NCBI GenBank assembly: GCA_965202665.1 | Contig: OZ241841.1 | Span: forward strand, 1,056,001-1,120,000 | Reading direction: 5' to 3' | Source of the DNA: Candidatus Spongiisociaceae bacterium | GTDB lineage: Bacteria > Actinomycetota > Acidimicrobiia > Spongiisociales > Spongiisociaceae | Length of the DNA: 64,000 nucleotides | Part shown: piece after piece, positions 1 through 9,685 of the stretch | Numbering within the stretch: the first letter of the stretch is position 1 | How the letters are laid out: every line of letters starts with the position of its first letter | Made by a program: the position numbers and the translations under genes | Notes under the pieces: model-generated | What the model was told of the DNA's origin: nothing | What the model saw: the letters and a program-made list of their open reading frames with translations, nothing else | Database searches by the model: none

Positions 1-556
1 CCCCCAAGGCCGCCAGATGAGTGGAGGCCAGGAAATTGGTCACCACTTTCAGCACCGACGCCGACCCCAAACCGCCCACGTGCAGGATGTTGCGCCCCAT
101 GGCCGACAAGGCCGGGAAAGCCCGCTCAAAGTCGGGGCGTTCGCCCCCCACGAAAATGGAAATGTTGCCGGTGGCCGCCCGGTGGCAACCGCCCGACACC
201 GGGCCGTCCAACGGGCGGGCCCCCGCCGCCCGCACCTTCTCCCCCAACCGGCGCACCTCCCCGGCGTCGGTGGTGCTCATCTCCAGCCAAATCTTGCCCT
301 CCCCCAACCCGGCTATCGCCCCCTCCGCGCCCTCCATCACCTCCCGCACCGCCGCCGGCGAAGGCAGGCAGGTGATGACCAGTTCGCTGCGCCGGGCCGC
401 CTCGCCGGGGCTGTCCGCCCATTCCGCCCCCGCCTCCAACAGCGGCCGGGCCGCCTCCCGGTCCAAATCCCGCACCGCCAGGGAATGGCCGTTGCGCAGC
501 AGGCTGGCCGACAGTTTGCCCCCCACGTTTCCCAAACCGATGAAGCCGACCCGCAT
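1..556 (-). CDS. NAD(P)-dependent oxidoreductase, 3-hydroxyisobutyrate dehydrogenase family (3' end outside window)
   Basis: Manual translation from ATG 556: MRVGFIGLGNVGG (Rossmann), LEMSTT, DGPVSGG, LKVVTN; SD GGAGG upstream; not in the ORF track because it runs off the window. Confidence 0.9.
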   Translation of the reverse strand, partial: MRVGFIGLGNVGGKLSASLLRNGHSLAVRDLDREAARPLLEAGAEWADSPGEAARRSELVITCLPSPAAVREVMEGAEGAIAGLGEGKIWLEMSTTDAGEVRRLGEKVRAAGARPLDGPVSGGCHRAATGNISIFVGGERPDFERAFPALSAMGRNILHVGGLGSASVLKVVTNFLASTHLAALG

Positions 557-607
557 AGGTTCCTCCCGTTCCCCAACCCCGGCTTCATCCCCGTCCCGGG
601 GGACCGC

Positions 608-1258
608 TCACAGGATTCCGTAACGGGAGAATACTTCCCCGATGTCGTCCCCCTGCAGGATTTCGTCCCGCACCCGGCTTTCCCCCACGTCTTTGGCCTC
701 CGCCAGCTCCGCCGCCCGTTCCGCCAACGCGGCCGGGATGACGATCGCCCCCATGACGTCGCCCACGATCCAATCCCCCGGGTTGACGGTGGCCGCGCCG
801 CACCGCACCGGACGGCCGTGTTCCACCACCTCCTGGCGGCCGGAAGAATCCAAAGGCGAAAAACCTCGGGAAAAAACGGGGAAGCCCATTTCCAGGATCT
901 GCTCCACATCCCGGACGGCCCCGTCCATCACCGCCCCTATCGCCCCCCGCACCCGGGCGGCCGCCGACAGCAACTCCCCCCACATCGCCGACACCTGATC
1001 CCCGCACCGCATCACCACCACCGACCCGGGCGTTATGTCCCGGAAGGCGGCCAGCAAATGCTGGTAGGGAACGGCGGCGGGCCGCTCCATCGGCTCGCAC
1101 CGCATGGTGAAAGCCGGGCCGGCCAGCCGTTGGCCGGGTTCCATCGGGCGGATGTCCATCCCCAACGCCGAATCCCGAAACCCCAGCCCGTCGACCACAT
1201 CGCACAGCAAAGCGGTGTGCAACCGCCCCAACCGCCCCGCCAAAACCTCCGTGCTCAT
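608..1258 (-). CDS. RraA family / HMG-CHA aldolase-like protein
   Basis: LAGPAFT, WGELLS, DGAVRD, GDWIVGD motifs; start moved to ATG 1258 after SD GGAGG. Confidence 0.85.
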   Translation of the reverse strand: MSTEVLAGRLGRLHTALLCDVVDGLGFRDSALGMDIRPMEPGQRLAGPAFTMRCEPMERPAAVPYQHLLAAFRDITPGSVVVMRCGDQVSAMWGELLSAAARVRGAIGAVMDGAVRDVEQILEMGFPVFSRGFSPLDSSGRQEVVEHGRPVRCGAATVNPGDWIVGDVMGAIVIPAALAERAAELAEAKDVGESRVRDEILQGDDIGEVFSRYGIL

Positions 1259-1357
1259 CCGAACCTCCCTCCGCCGCCGAAGCGCCGCCCGCCTTGGGCC
1301 GCGACCGAACGATAGCACGGTCGCATACCCCCTGAATTATGCAGTATGATGGTATTG

Positions 1358-2404
1358 ATGACTACTTCACAAAATCCGCCGAACGGGGGCAAGCGGCCAA
1401 CCCGCCATGCCGTATATCATCAGCTGGCGGTCCAGGTCGAAGAATTGCATGACAATCTGGGCGGGTTGCCCAGCCCGTTGGAAGCGGCCGATATTTGGCA
1501 GGGGATTTGGATTGAGGAAACCCATAATTCCACGGCCATCGAAGGCAACACCCTGGTTCTCAAGCAGGTGGAGCGGCTTCTGGTGGAAGACCGGGCGGTC
1601 GGCAACAAGGAACTGCGGGAATATCTGGAGGTCAAAGGCTACGCCGATGCCGCGAAATGGGTCTATCGGCAAGCGGCCAACCCGGCCGAGCACTCACCTG
1701 AAAGGCCGATCCTCACCCTGCAGGAAGTCAGATCCGTCCACAACCGGGTCATGTCGCTCGTATGGCGGGACGCCCCCCACCCCGCCGCATCCGAAGAGGA
1801 AGGGCCCGGTTCTTTTCGGCAACATGAGATTGAACCCTTTCCGGGGGGGATGAAACCGACAACGTGGCCGCTGATACCCGCCGAGTTGGACGCTTGGATT
1901 GAAGAAGTCAACCGACTGCGGAGCGACGACGAGAACATCTTCGAGCATCTGGCGGCCTTCCATAGCCGATTTGAGCAAATACACCCTTTCTTGGACGGCA
2001 ACGGCCGCACCGGGCGCCTCTTGCTCAACCTAATTCTGATTAGGTGCGGATATCCCCCGGTAATTATTTACAAGCGGGATCGGGAAAAATACCTGCGGGC
2101 GCTCCAAAAAGCCGACAACGGCGAGCCGGGGCCGCTGGGCCAAATCATCGCCCGGGCCCTGCTCGACAACCTGCACCGGTTCATTCTCCCGGCTGTGGCG
2201 GGACCGTCCCGGGTCATTCCTTTGGCCGCGTTGTCGACGCCCAAAGAACTGCCCGCGTTGCGGGCCGCCGCCCAACGCGGCAGGCTCAGGGCAGTCAAAG
2301 GAGCCGATGGACAGTGGCGCAGCTCGCAACGGTGGGTGGAAGAATATAAGTCCAACCGATATAAACGGGGGCAACCGGAGGCATCTGTAATCAGCAGAGA
2401 ATAG
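1358..2404 (+). CDS. Fic family protein (class II, auto-inhibited) with a C-terminal HTH-like extension
   Basis: Canonical HPFLDGNGRTGR motif; N-terminal inhibitory STAIEGN; TATGAT 7 nt before ATG 1358 (alternative start 1346). Confidence 0.92.
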   Translation: MTTSQNPPNGGKRPTRHAVYHQLAVQVEELHDNLGGLPSPLEAADIWQGIWIEETHNSTAIEGNTLVLKQVERLLVEDRAVGNKELREYLEVKGYADAAKWVYRQAANPAEHSPERPILTLQEVRSVHNRVMSLVWRDAPHPAASEEEGPGSFRQHEIEPFPGGMKPTTWPLIPAELDAWIEEVNRLRSDDENIFEHLAAFHSRFEQIHPFLDGNGRTGRLLLNLILIRCGYPPVIIYKRDREKYLRALQKADNGEPGPLGQIIARALLDNLHRFILPAVAGPSRVIPLAALSTPKELPALRAAAQRGRLRAVKGADGQWRSSQRWVEEYKSNRYKRGQPEASVISRE

Positions 2405-2407
2405 CCG

Positions 2408-2755
2408 CCGAAAGAGTTTTGTACAGGAAAAATTGGCAAACTAAACAAAAAAACGGCCAAATTATAAGCAAAATACACAGAAAAAACCCACAAAACAACG
2501 AAAAACGCCTCACGCCGGCCCAGCCCCGAAAAAGTTTTGTACACGAAAAATCGTCAAACTGCACAAAAACAGGGCCCGCCAAAATCATCCCCGAAAGAGT
2601 TTTGTACAGGAAAAATTGGCAAACTAAACAAAAAAACGGCCAAATTATAAGCAAAATACACAGAAAAAACCCACAAAACAACGAAAAGCACCTCCCACCG
2701 GCCTACACCCGAAAGAGTTTTGTACACGAAAAATCGTCAAACTGCGCAAAACCCG
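2408..2755. repeat. AT-rich tandem duplication (183-bp period) containing four copies of a 35-bp motif
   Basis: Units start at 2408 and 2591; motif CCGAAARAGTTTTGTACASGAAAAATYGKCAAACT at 2408, 2526, 2591, 2709. Confidence 0.95.
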
Positions 2756-3054
2756 GCAGGACCGACAGGCACACCACCTCTATACCGGGCCCCGCTACCT
2801 CTCGTCAATCAATATGCAAAGCGGGGGGTGTCCCACTCCCGGGCGAAATCCCGGGCCGTCCCTGCGTATTGAGGGAGAACATCGCCGTCAACTCGCCCTA
2901 TCAATCCCGGCCGCCAAAGCCCTGTCGGAACAACTGGTCGACCCCGCCCCGATCAGGCCAAACCACAACGACAAAGCAAAACCTTCCGCCAGTGCCGAAA
3001 ATAGAGTGCCCTCTTTAGCAGTATCGCTCGCAAAATTGCCGGGCGGAGGGGATT

Positions 3055-3297
3055 TCAATACCTTGCGTTACGCTTCAGGTGGTTGATGATCCTCTGCTCG
3101 GTCGTCGCCTCCTCGGCCGACAATTGATCTCGGTTCTCGTCCAGGTATTTTTGCCTTCTGTCGGCTTCCCGCAAAAGCTCCGTTCGATCCCACCTGGACA
3201 TCCTCGGCGCAGCCGGTCGGAAGGGAAAGATACGCTCTTTCGTCAACCGTATCAACCCGGAACGGAAGGTCGATCTTCCGCGAATTCTTAATATCAT
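3055..3297 (-). CDS. small hypothetical protein (80 aa)
   Basis: AAGGA SD upstream of ATG 3297; helical, charged C-terminal half; no recognisable family. Confidence 0.4.
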   Translation of the reverse strand: MILRIRGRSTFRSGLIRLTKERIFPFRPAAPRMSRWDRTELLREADRRQKYLDENRDQLSAEEATTEQRIINHLKRNARY

Positions 3298-3833
3298 TTT
3301 TGGTCCTTTCCGTCGTGCGATCGGTATCACCCTGGATTTAGGGCCTTTGCTTCACAACCCGATTATAACCGTGGCCCGCACGGTGCGGATGGGAGCATGC
3401 TCAAAGGCAATCCACCCGCGGGAGAACGCAGAAATGCGACGCCCAGCTGGGCAAAACTGCGGGCGACGGACGGGAAATCGGCGATGGCATTAGGAGCATG
3501 CGGGAGGCCCGGTTGAAAAAATGGGGACCGGCTCCGACATCGTGGGCCCGGTTCAAATCCCGCCGGGCGCGGGTGTTCCTTCTCAAGGCGGAGCATATCA
3601 GCCTGCGCCAAGCCATCCTCTCCGCCGCCCGCACCAACGCCGAACTGTTCTGCTTGGCAGGACCGCACCGGAACGGTGGAGGAAAGGTTAAGAGGCCGGG
3701 CTGATTTGGTAGCGGGAAACCCACTCCAAGACATAGGTTCGTTGGTCCGACCTGAGCGGGGGGCGGTGGTGAAGACCTGGAAAACCCGGGCCGTCGCCCT
3801 CGTCTGAACCGACGCCCGGCGCCGGGCGCCGGG

Positions 3834-4589
3834 TCAGGTTATGGACTGTCCGGCGTCTAAGAAGATGGTGGAGCCGGTGGCCAACCGGGACTCGTCGGAA
3901 GCCAAAAAAACGGCCGCCCCCGCCACGTCCTGGGGGACGCCGATGGTCTTGAGGGGGACCATGGACAGCCGGTGGTTCCGGAACTCAGGGTCGGCGATGT
4001 CGTCCCGGTTGAGGTCGGTTTCGATCAGCCCGGGGGCGATGCCGTTGGCCCGGATTCCGTACGGGGCCAGTTCCAAAGCCAGTTGCCGGGTCAGCATCCG
4101 CACCCCTCCTTTGGAGCAACAGTAATGGGCGAGGTTGGCGACCGCCAACTGTTCGGAGACGGAAGACATGTTGATGATGACCCCCGACCCCCGCTCTATC
4201 ATTCTCCGGGCCGCGGCCTGCGCGCACAGGAAATACCCTTTCAGGTTGACCGCCATGATGCGATCCCATTCCTCCTCGGTGATTTCCAAAAAGGGGGTCC
4301 GTTTGAGAATGCCCGCGTTGTTGACCAGAACGTCGATCCGCCCGAACCGTTCCACGGCGGCCGCCATCAAAGCCTCCGCTTCGGCTTTTACGGAAATGTC
4401 GGCCCGCACCGCCAACGCCCCCCGCCCCAGGCTTTCGATTTCCTCCGCCGTCCGCCGGGCCCCCGCCTCATGGGAGCGGTAGCCGACCGCCACCTCCGCC
4501 CCCTCCCGGGCGAAACCGACCGCTACCGCCCGTCCTATGGAACGGGAAGCCCCGGTCACCACCGCCACCTTGTCCCGCAACCGCATCAT
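3834..4589 (-). CDS. SDR family oxidoreductase
   Basis: TGASRSIG, NNAG, YCCSK (YxxxK) motifs. Confidence 0.93.
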   Translation of the reverse strand: MMRLRDKVAVVTGASRSIGRAVAVGFAREGAEVAVGYRSHEAGARRTAEEIESLGRGALAVRADISVKAEAEALMAAAVERFGRIDVLVNNAGILKRTPFLEITEEEWDRIMAVNLKGYFLCAQAAARRMIERGSGVIINMSSVSEQLAVANLAHYCCSKGGVRMLTRQLALELAPYGIRANGIAPGLIETDLNRDDIADPEFRNHRLSMVPLKTIGVPQDVAGAAVFLASDESRLATGSTIFLDAGQSIT

Positions 4590-4621
4590 TCGCCCCGCCC
4601 CGCCCGCTAAAACCGAAGTGC

Positions 4622-4842
4622 GGGTTTCATTGCTTCCTCATCCGTGCCGCCCGCCTCCGAACGGCAACGGCGAATCTAACAGGGGGAACCCCCGTACGGG
4701 GCGAACATCGGCTTTTCCCCAAACGGGCGGACGCGGATTGGTATAGTTAGCCAACGCCCGCGATGAGAGGAGACGGGGGGCAATGTTCGGACAAGGTTCG
4801 ATGGGCGGGCTGTCGGCGCTGTTGGCGGCCTGCGGCGGGGAC
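4622..4842. repeat. Copy 1 of duplicated divergent-promoter/SBP-start segment (57-bp internal deletion)
   Basis: Near-identical to 5571-5848 apart from the deleted Tat-motif codons. Confidence 0.95.
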
Positions 4843-4877
4843 TATATTTTGGGGAGGCGAGGGGAAGGACGGTAACT

Positions 4878-5354
4878 ATGGCGGAGCGGAAACATTTAGG
4901 CCCCCCAGATTCGGAGCGGGAACGTCTTGTCCAGGACGCAGCCGGCCGTCCCACCGACGCGGGAGCGGACACTGCTACTCAACAGTTTCTGTTGGAACGG
5001 GTTAACCGGCTGGAGCAGGAGCTGCCCCCCGGAGGGGAGTTGCTCCCCGACGATTTTGATTTAGAGGAACGGGTTGAGAAAACTCGCCAAACCGCAAAAC
5101 GCGGATTCGAAAACGGGTTCTCTGACGGAGTGTACGGATTAGAAAGAGTCCAGTCCCAACCAGCTCCGAAAACCCGCTACTCGTACGCTTACCGGGAGGG
5201 CTACGAAGCCGGCCACGCAGCCGGTCGGGAGATGCTCCGGTTGGACGAACTGACCGCCGCGCTCCGGAGTAGGGCGGTTCAGGGGCGATCAGTGGAAGAT
5301 TTAACGGCTGATGACCTGGAAACACTCCCCGTTACCGCGCCCGCTGGGCGATAG
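4878..5354 (+). CDS. hypothetical protein (158 aa, acidic, GFxxGF/GYxxG glycine motifs)
   Basis: Protein-like ORF with GAAGGA SD; lower GC than neighbours. Confidence 0.7.
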   Translation: MAERKHLGPPDSERERLVQDAAGRPTDAGADTATQQFLLERVNRLEQELPPGGELLPDDFDLEERVEKTRQTAKRGFENGFSDGVYGLERVQSQPAPKTRYSYAYREGYEAGHAAGREMLRLDELTAALRSRAVQGRSVEDLTADDLETLPVTAPAGR

Positions 5355-5495
5355 AAACCTACGGCAAAAACGGTAGCAAAGCGAATTTTGCCTCCACCTA
5401 AAAAGGGACGCTCCTCCGAGCTTTCTGAACGGGCAGGTGGTCGCCCCTTTGTCCCACAACCGAATTATTTAGGCCAGGCGACTGCCGCCCCGTCG

Positions 5496-5579
5496 TCAGA
5501 TTCTCCCGCAGGCGCGTGCCATCAGCGCCAACAGCGCCGGCACCTGCCAAAAACTGGTCCGCGTCCAGATGGGTTTCAT
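5496..5579 (-). pseudogene. vestigial lipoprotein signal peptide of a lost divergent gene
   Basis: GAGGAA SD, then MKPIWTRTSFWQVPALLALMARACGRI*, ending just after a lipobox-like ACG. Confidence 0.5.
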
Positions 5580-5848
5580 TGCTTCCTCATCCGCGCCGCC
5601 CGCCTCGAACGGCAACGGCGAATCTAACAGGGGCGAACCCCCGTACCGGGCGAACATCGGCTTTTCCCCAAACGGGCGGACGCGGGTTGGTATAGTTAGC
5701 CAACGCCCGCGATGAGAGGAGACGGGGAGCAATGTTCGGACAAGGTTCGATGGGAATGACCAGGCGGCAGTTTCTGCGCAACGGTTCGCTGACCGCATTG
5801 GGTTCGGTGGGCGGGCTGTCGGCGCTGTTGGCGGCCTGCGGCGGGGAC
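5571..5848. repeat. Copy 2 (intact) of the duplicated promoter/SBP-start segment
   Basis: Contains TGGTATAGT extended -10-like box, GAGGAG SD and the SBP start. Confidence 0.95.
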
Positions 5849-7087
5849 GACGATGCGGTGCCGGAGGCCACCATGCCCGGAACCGACTTCACCGGAACGG
5901 TGAGCCTCCTGCTGGGGACGCATATGGACCCCGTCAAGCAGATCATCGAAGGCTATCCCGCCGGAGGAAGCGGGGTCACCCCCGATGTGGAAGAAGTGAC
6001 CACCCCCGACCTGCGCAGCAAACTCACCACCTCTTTCCTGGCCGAAAACTCCCCATGGGACGCCGCTTTCGTCACCGCCGAACTGGGGGCGGAGCTGGCG
6101 GACCGCAACTGGCTGGTCAACGCTTCGGCCTGGGTGGAGGACAAAATCCGCTCCCGGGGCACGTTGCTGGAACGGGGCATGGGGGCCGTCGAATCCAAAG
6201 GCGCCACTTGGGCGGTGCCGTGGACGATGGGCAGCCAACTGCTGCACTGGAACGCCGGGATGATGGAAGAAGCGGGCCTGGACCCGGAGTTGCCCGCCAC
6301 TTGGCACGAAACCCCCAACTCGTGGGACACTTTCGTGGAATACGGCAAAGCCCTCACCGGGGAGCGAAACGGCGAGCAGTATTACGGCTACACCGACGCC
6401 TGGGCGGACACCCACGTCCTGTGGACCTGGGGCGGGATGCTGCACATGCACGGCGGGGACTTTCTGGACGAGGAGGGCCAGCCGGCTTGGAATTCGGACG
6501 CCGGGGTGGCCGCCACCGAAAAGTTGCACGACCTGCTCCACACCCATCGGATCATCGACCCGGCCGCCCCCACCTACACTTGGGTGTTCGACGCCGCCCC
6601 CGGCTTCCTGGGCGGCACGCGGGGAATGTTCATCAGCTGGCCGTTCATCGCCGGCATCGCCGCCGCCCCCGACTCGGCCATCCGCAGCGGGGTGGCCCCC
6701 AACCCGGCGGTGGAAACCAGCGGCTCGGTGGACGGATCCGAATTCTTCGGGGTGCCGGTGTTCGCCGAAAACCAGGACGAGGCGTGGCGCTTCCTGGAGG
6801 CAATCGTCTCCCCGGAGGGGCAGCGGATCGTGGCCATGGGCGGATGGGCCTCCATCTACAGCGACATCCTCAACGAGCCGGACATCGTGGCCGCCTTCCC
6901 CTTCTACCCGGCTTTGGCCAAAGCCTACGAGTATCCGGTGGACGGCGGATGGTCGGCGGACCGGCCCCGGTGGACGCAGTTCCTGTCCGACAAGATCCAC
7001 GAAGTCCTGAACAACGCCAGCTCCCCCCGGGAGGCGCTGGACGAAGCGGCGCGGCTGACCGTCGAGGCCCGGCAACAGGACGAGTGA
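5732..7087 (+). CDS. carbohydrate ABC transporter substrate-binding lipoprotein (Tat signal)
   Basis: TRRQFLR twin-arginine motif, LAAC lipobox, SBP family 1 features; followed by two permeases. Confidence 0.92.
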   Translation: MFGQGSMGMTRRQFLRNGSLTALGSVGGLSALLAACGGDDDAVPEATMPGTDFTGTVSLLLGTHMDPVKQIIEGYPAGGSGVTPDVEEVTTPDLRSKLTTSFLAENSPWDAAFVTAELGAELADRNWLVNASAWVEDKIRSRGTLLERGMGAVESKGATWAVPWTMGSQLLHWNAGMMEEAGLDPELPATWHETPNSWDTFVEYGKALTGERNGEQYYGYTDAWADTHVLWTWGGMLHMHGGDFLDEEGQPAWNSDAGVAATEKLHDLLHTHRIIDPAAPTYTWVFDAAPGFLGGTRGMFISWPFIAGIAAAPDSAIRSGVAPNPAVETSGSVDGSEFFGVPVFAENQDEAWRFLEAIVSPEGQRIVAMGGWASIYSDILNEPDIVAAFPFYPALAKAYEYPVDGGWSADRPRWTQFLSDKIHEVLNNASSPREALDEAARLTVEARQQDE

Positions 7088-7133
7088 TCCTCCCCGTCCG
7101 GCCGGGTCGCCGCCCGGCGGAGGGGCCGGTGCG

Positions 7134-8063
7134 GTGAGCGCGGCGCGGGAGGGCCCCCCGGGGATTTCCCTGCGCCGCCGGGAAGTGCGGCTGGGCCTGT
7201 TTATGGCCCTGCCGGCCCTTCTGCTGGTGGCGGGGGTGTACGTAATCCCGGCCGCCGCCACTTTGCTGTTCAGCGTCAGCCGGGTGGGGGTTTCGCCCCT
7301 GCGCATCCGGCGGCTGGCGGGCTTGGACAACTTCGCCAACGCCGTCACCGGCGAAGGGTTCTGGTCCATCGCCTTCCGCACCCTTTACTTCGGCGCCCTG
7401 CTGACGGCGGGCGCCATGGTCGCCGCTTTTCTGATCGCCCTGCTGCTCAACCGGCCTTTCCGGGGGAGGGTGCTGGTGACGGTGGTGGTGCTGCTGCCGT
7501 GGGCGGTGCCGCCGGTGGTGTCGGGGGTGCTGTGGACGCAGATGTTCCACGCCGACTTCGGTTTCATCAACGGGCTGTTGCGGACCTTCGGCGGGGAGGG
7601 GGACATCATCTGGCTGGGCCATCCGCAACTGGCCCTGTTAGCGGTGCTGGCCGCCGAAATCTGGCGGTGGATTCCGTTCGCCAGCCTGTTCCTGCTGGCC
7701 GGTTTGAAAACCATCCCCCCCGCCCTGCGGGAAGCGGCCGCCATCGACGGGGCCGGGGCTTGGGGAACCTTCCGCCGCATCACTTTTCCGTTGATGTCCC
7801 CGGTGACCATCCCGGTGGCCATTTTCCTGTTCGTGTGGTCCATGAAAGTCTTCGACACCATTTTCATCCTCACCCGGGGCGGGCCCAGCGGCAACACCAC
7901 CACCCTCAACTACCTGGTTTACCAGCTGGGGTTTGAACAGTTCGACTTCGGTTCGGCCTCGGCCGCGGCCTATCTGCTCACCGTTCTCACCATTGCGGTC
8001 ATCGCCGGCTTGGGCTACATGCGCCGCCGGGCCCGAACTTTGACCGGCGGGGGCCTCCGATGA
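7134..8063 (+). CDS. carbohydrate ABC transporter permease
   Basis: 6 TM segments; EAAAIDGA motif; LTRGGP. Confidence 0.93.
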   Translation: MSAAREGPPGISLRRREVRLGLFMALPALLLVAGVYVIPAAATLLFSVSRVGVSPLRIRRLAGLDNFANAVTGEGFWSIAFRTLYFGALLTAGAMVAAFLIALLLNRPFRGRVLVTVVVLLPWAVPPVVSGVLWTQMFHADFGFINGLLRTFGGEGDIIWLGHPQLALLAVLAAEIWRWIPFASLFLLAGLKTIPPALREAAAIDGAGAWGTFRRITFPLMSPVTIPVAIFLFVWSMKVFDTIFILTRGGPSGNTTTLNYLVYQLGFEQFDFGSASAAAYLLTVLTIAVIAGLGYMRRRARTLTGGGLR

Positions 8064-8893
8064 CCGGGCGCCGCCGCCGGGCCGCCTTCTTCACCTACGC
8101 CGGGGCCCTGCTGGTGGTGATCGTGATGGGCTTCCCCCTGTACGGGATCGTGCTGACCAGCATCCAGGAGGAGGACGACATACGGTCGCGCGACGTGCAG
8201 TTCGTCCCCGAATACGTTTTCACCGAACATTATGAGCGGGTGCTGTCCCCCGACAGCGGGGTGCCGGTGCGCCGCTCCATGGCGAACAGCCTCATCGTGT
8301 CGCTGGGGACGGCGGCGGCGGTGGTCGCCCTGGCCCTGCCCGCCGCTTACGGGCTGACCCGGTTCCGCCCGCCCGGCTCCCGGCTCATCAACGGCGTTTT
8401 GGCCTCGGTCTACATTTTCCCGACTTTGCTGTTCGTCATCCCCATCTTCCTGGTGTGGAGCCGCCTGGGGCTGTACGACACCTACCCGGGCCTGATCATC
8501 CCCTACACCGCTTTCATACTCCCGTTCGCGGTGTTCATGCTGGGGGCTTTCGTGCGGGCCGTTCCGGTGGAAGTGGAGGAGGCGGCCCGGCTGGATGGGG
8601 CCAACCAGCGGCAGATTCTGCTGCGGGTGGTGCTGCCGTTGCTCCGCCCCGGCATTTTCGCCTGCCTGCTGCTGGGGTTCATCCTGTCCTGGATCGAATT
8701 TCTGACCCCCCTGCTGTTCACCAGCGAACTGACCATGCTCACCGTGGCCTTGGGGCTGTTCCGCTCCACCATCGACATCCAAATCGGGCAGTTGGCGGCG
8801 GCGGCGGTGATCACCGCTCTTCCGGTAATTTTGACGACGGTGCTTTTTCAAAGCCAAATTCGCCAAATCACCACCGCCGGGGTGGAACAATAA
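8060..8893 (+). CDS. carbohydrate ABC transporter permease
   Basis: EEAARLDGA motif; ATGA overlap with the upstream gene. Confidence 0.93.
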   Translation: MTGRRRRAAFFTYAGALLVVIVMGFPLYGIVLTSIQEEDDIRSRDVQFVPEYVFTEHYERVLSPDSGVPVRRSMANSLIVSLGTAAAVVALALPAAYGLTRFRPPGSRLINGVLASVYIFPTLLFVIPIFLVWSRLGLYDTYPGLIIPYTAFILPFAVFMLGAFVRAVPVEVEEAARLDGANQRQILLRVVLPLLRPGIFACLLLGFILSWIEFLTPLLFTSELTMLTVALGLFRSTIDIQIGQLAAAAVITALPVILTTVLFQSQIRQITTAGVEQ

Positions 8894-8922
8894 GAGGGAC
8901 GGCGCCGAAGAGAGGAGGGAAC

Positions 8923-9684
8923 ATGGCCAACAGGGTGGACGTGCTGGTGCAGCCGGTGGTGTTGCGGTTCGCGCTGGTGGGCGACGAAATCGCTTATTTC
9001 TTCGCGGGCCACGCCGACGCCCAACTGGATGCGATGGAGCGCCATTTCGGAGTCGACCCGGCGGAGCAAATGCTGTTCGACGCCAACCTGGGGTTCCTGC
9101 CGGTTTCCACCACCGTCCTCATCCGGGGGGAACGCACCATCGTGGTGGACCCGGGCAACCATCACGTCGGTTTCTACGGGCAGCTGGGGGTGGCCCTGCG
9201 GCGCTTCGGGCTGACCGCGGAGGATGTGGACTTGGTGGTGTGCACCCATTGCCATCACGACCACATGGCCAGCGTGTTCCGGTTCCCCGGGACGGAACTG
9301 GTGCTGGGCGAAGGGGAAGCCGACTTTTCCAAAGTGTTGTACGGGCCGGAGGAAGCGGGGGCCCGCCTGGCGGTGGCCGGGACTCTCACCGAAGTGCCTT
9401 TGGGGGGCGAGATGCAACTGTGCGAAGGGGTGCGGGCGGTGTCCACCCCCGGCCACACCCCCGGCCATATCAGCGTGGTGGCGGACACGGCGACGGAGCG
9501 GATCGTCATCACCGGGGACGCGGCCATGACCCGCTCCGAATACGCCGGACGGGCGTTCTCCCACTGGTACACGGACGAACAACTGGGGGAACTGAACGCC
9601 AGCGTAGACCGGTTGCAGGCCCTGTCCCCCACTTTGGTGATGCCCGGCCACGACCGGGCCTTCCAACCGGACCCGGGGGACTGA
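8923..9684 (+). CDS. MBL-fold metallo-hydrolase
   Basis: THCHHDH, PGHTPGH, TGDA, PGHD motifs; SD GAGGAGG before ATG 8923. Confidence 0.9.
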   Translation: MANRVDVLVQPVVLRFALVGDEIAYFFAGHADAQLDAMERHFGVDPAEQMLFDANLGFLPVSTTVLIRGERTIVVDPGNHHVGFYGQLGVALRRFGLTAEDVDLVVCTHCHHDHMASVFRFPGTELVLGEGEADFSKVLYGPEEAGARLAVAGTLTEVPLGGEMQLCEGVRAVSTPGHTPGHISVVADTATERIVITGDAAMTRSEYAGRAFSHWYTDEQLGELNASVDRLQALSPTLVMPGHDRAFQPDPGD

Positions 9685-9685
9685 G

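Noticed and set aside
2526-2560. Resemblance to the Gateway attB1 sequence (AAGTTTGTACAAAAAAG)
   Set aside because: Only a partial match with indels and no vector context; treated as coincidence
2408-2755. CRISPR array (four 35-bp repeats)
   Set aside because: Gaps are 83/30/83 nt, gaps 1 and 3 are near-identical, repeats alternate between two variants and no cas genes are present; this is a nested duplication
2419-3018. 199-aa K/N-rich ORF across the repeat
   Set aside because: Probably open only because the strand is T-poor; TTG start without SD and low complexity
3360-3734. Short ORFs or a possible pseudogene with small GGCCCGGTT and GGAGCATGC repeats
   Set aside because: No recognisable family or consistent start signals
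3813-3828. 16-bp GC palindrome and similar GC hairpins as a REP family
   Set aside because: The sequences differ from site to site and are expected by chance at this GC content or act as simple terminators
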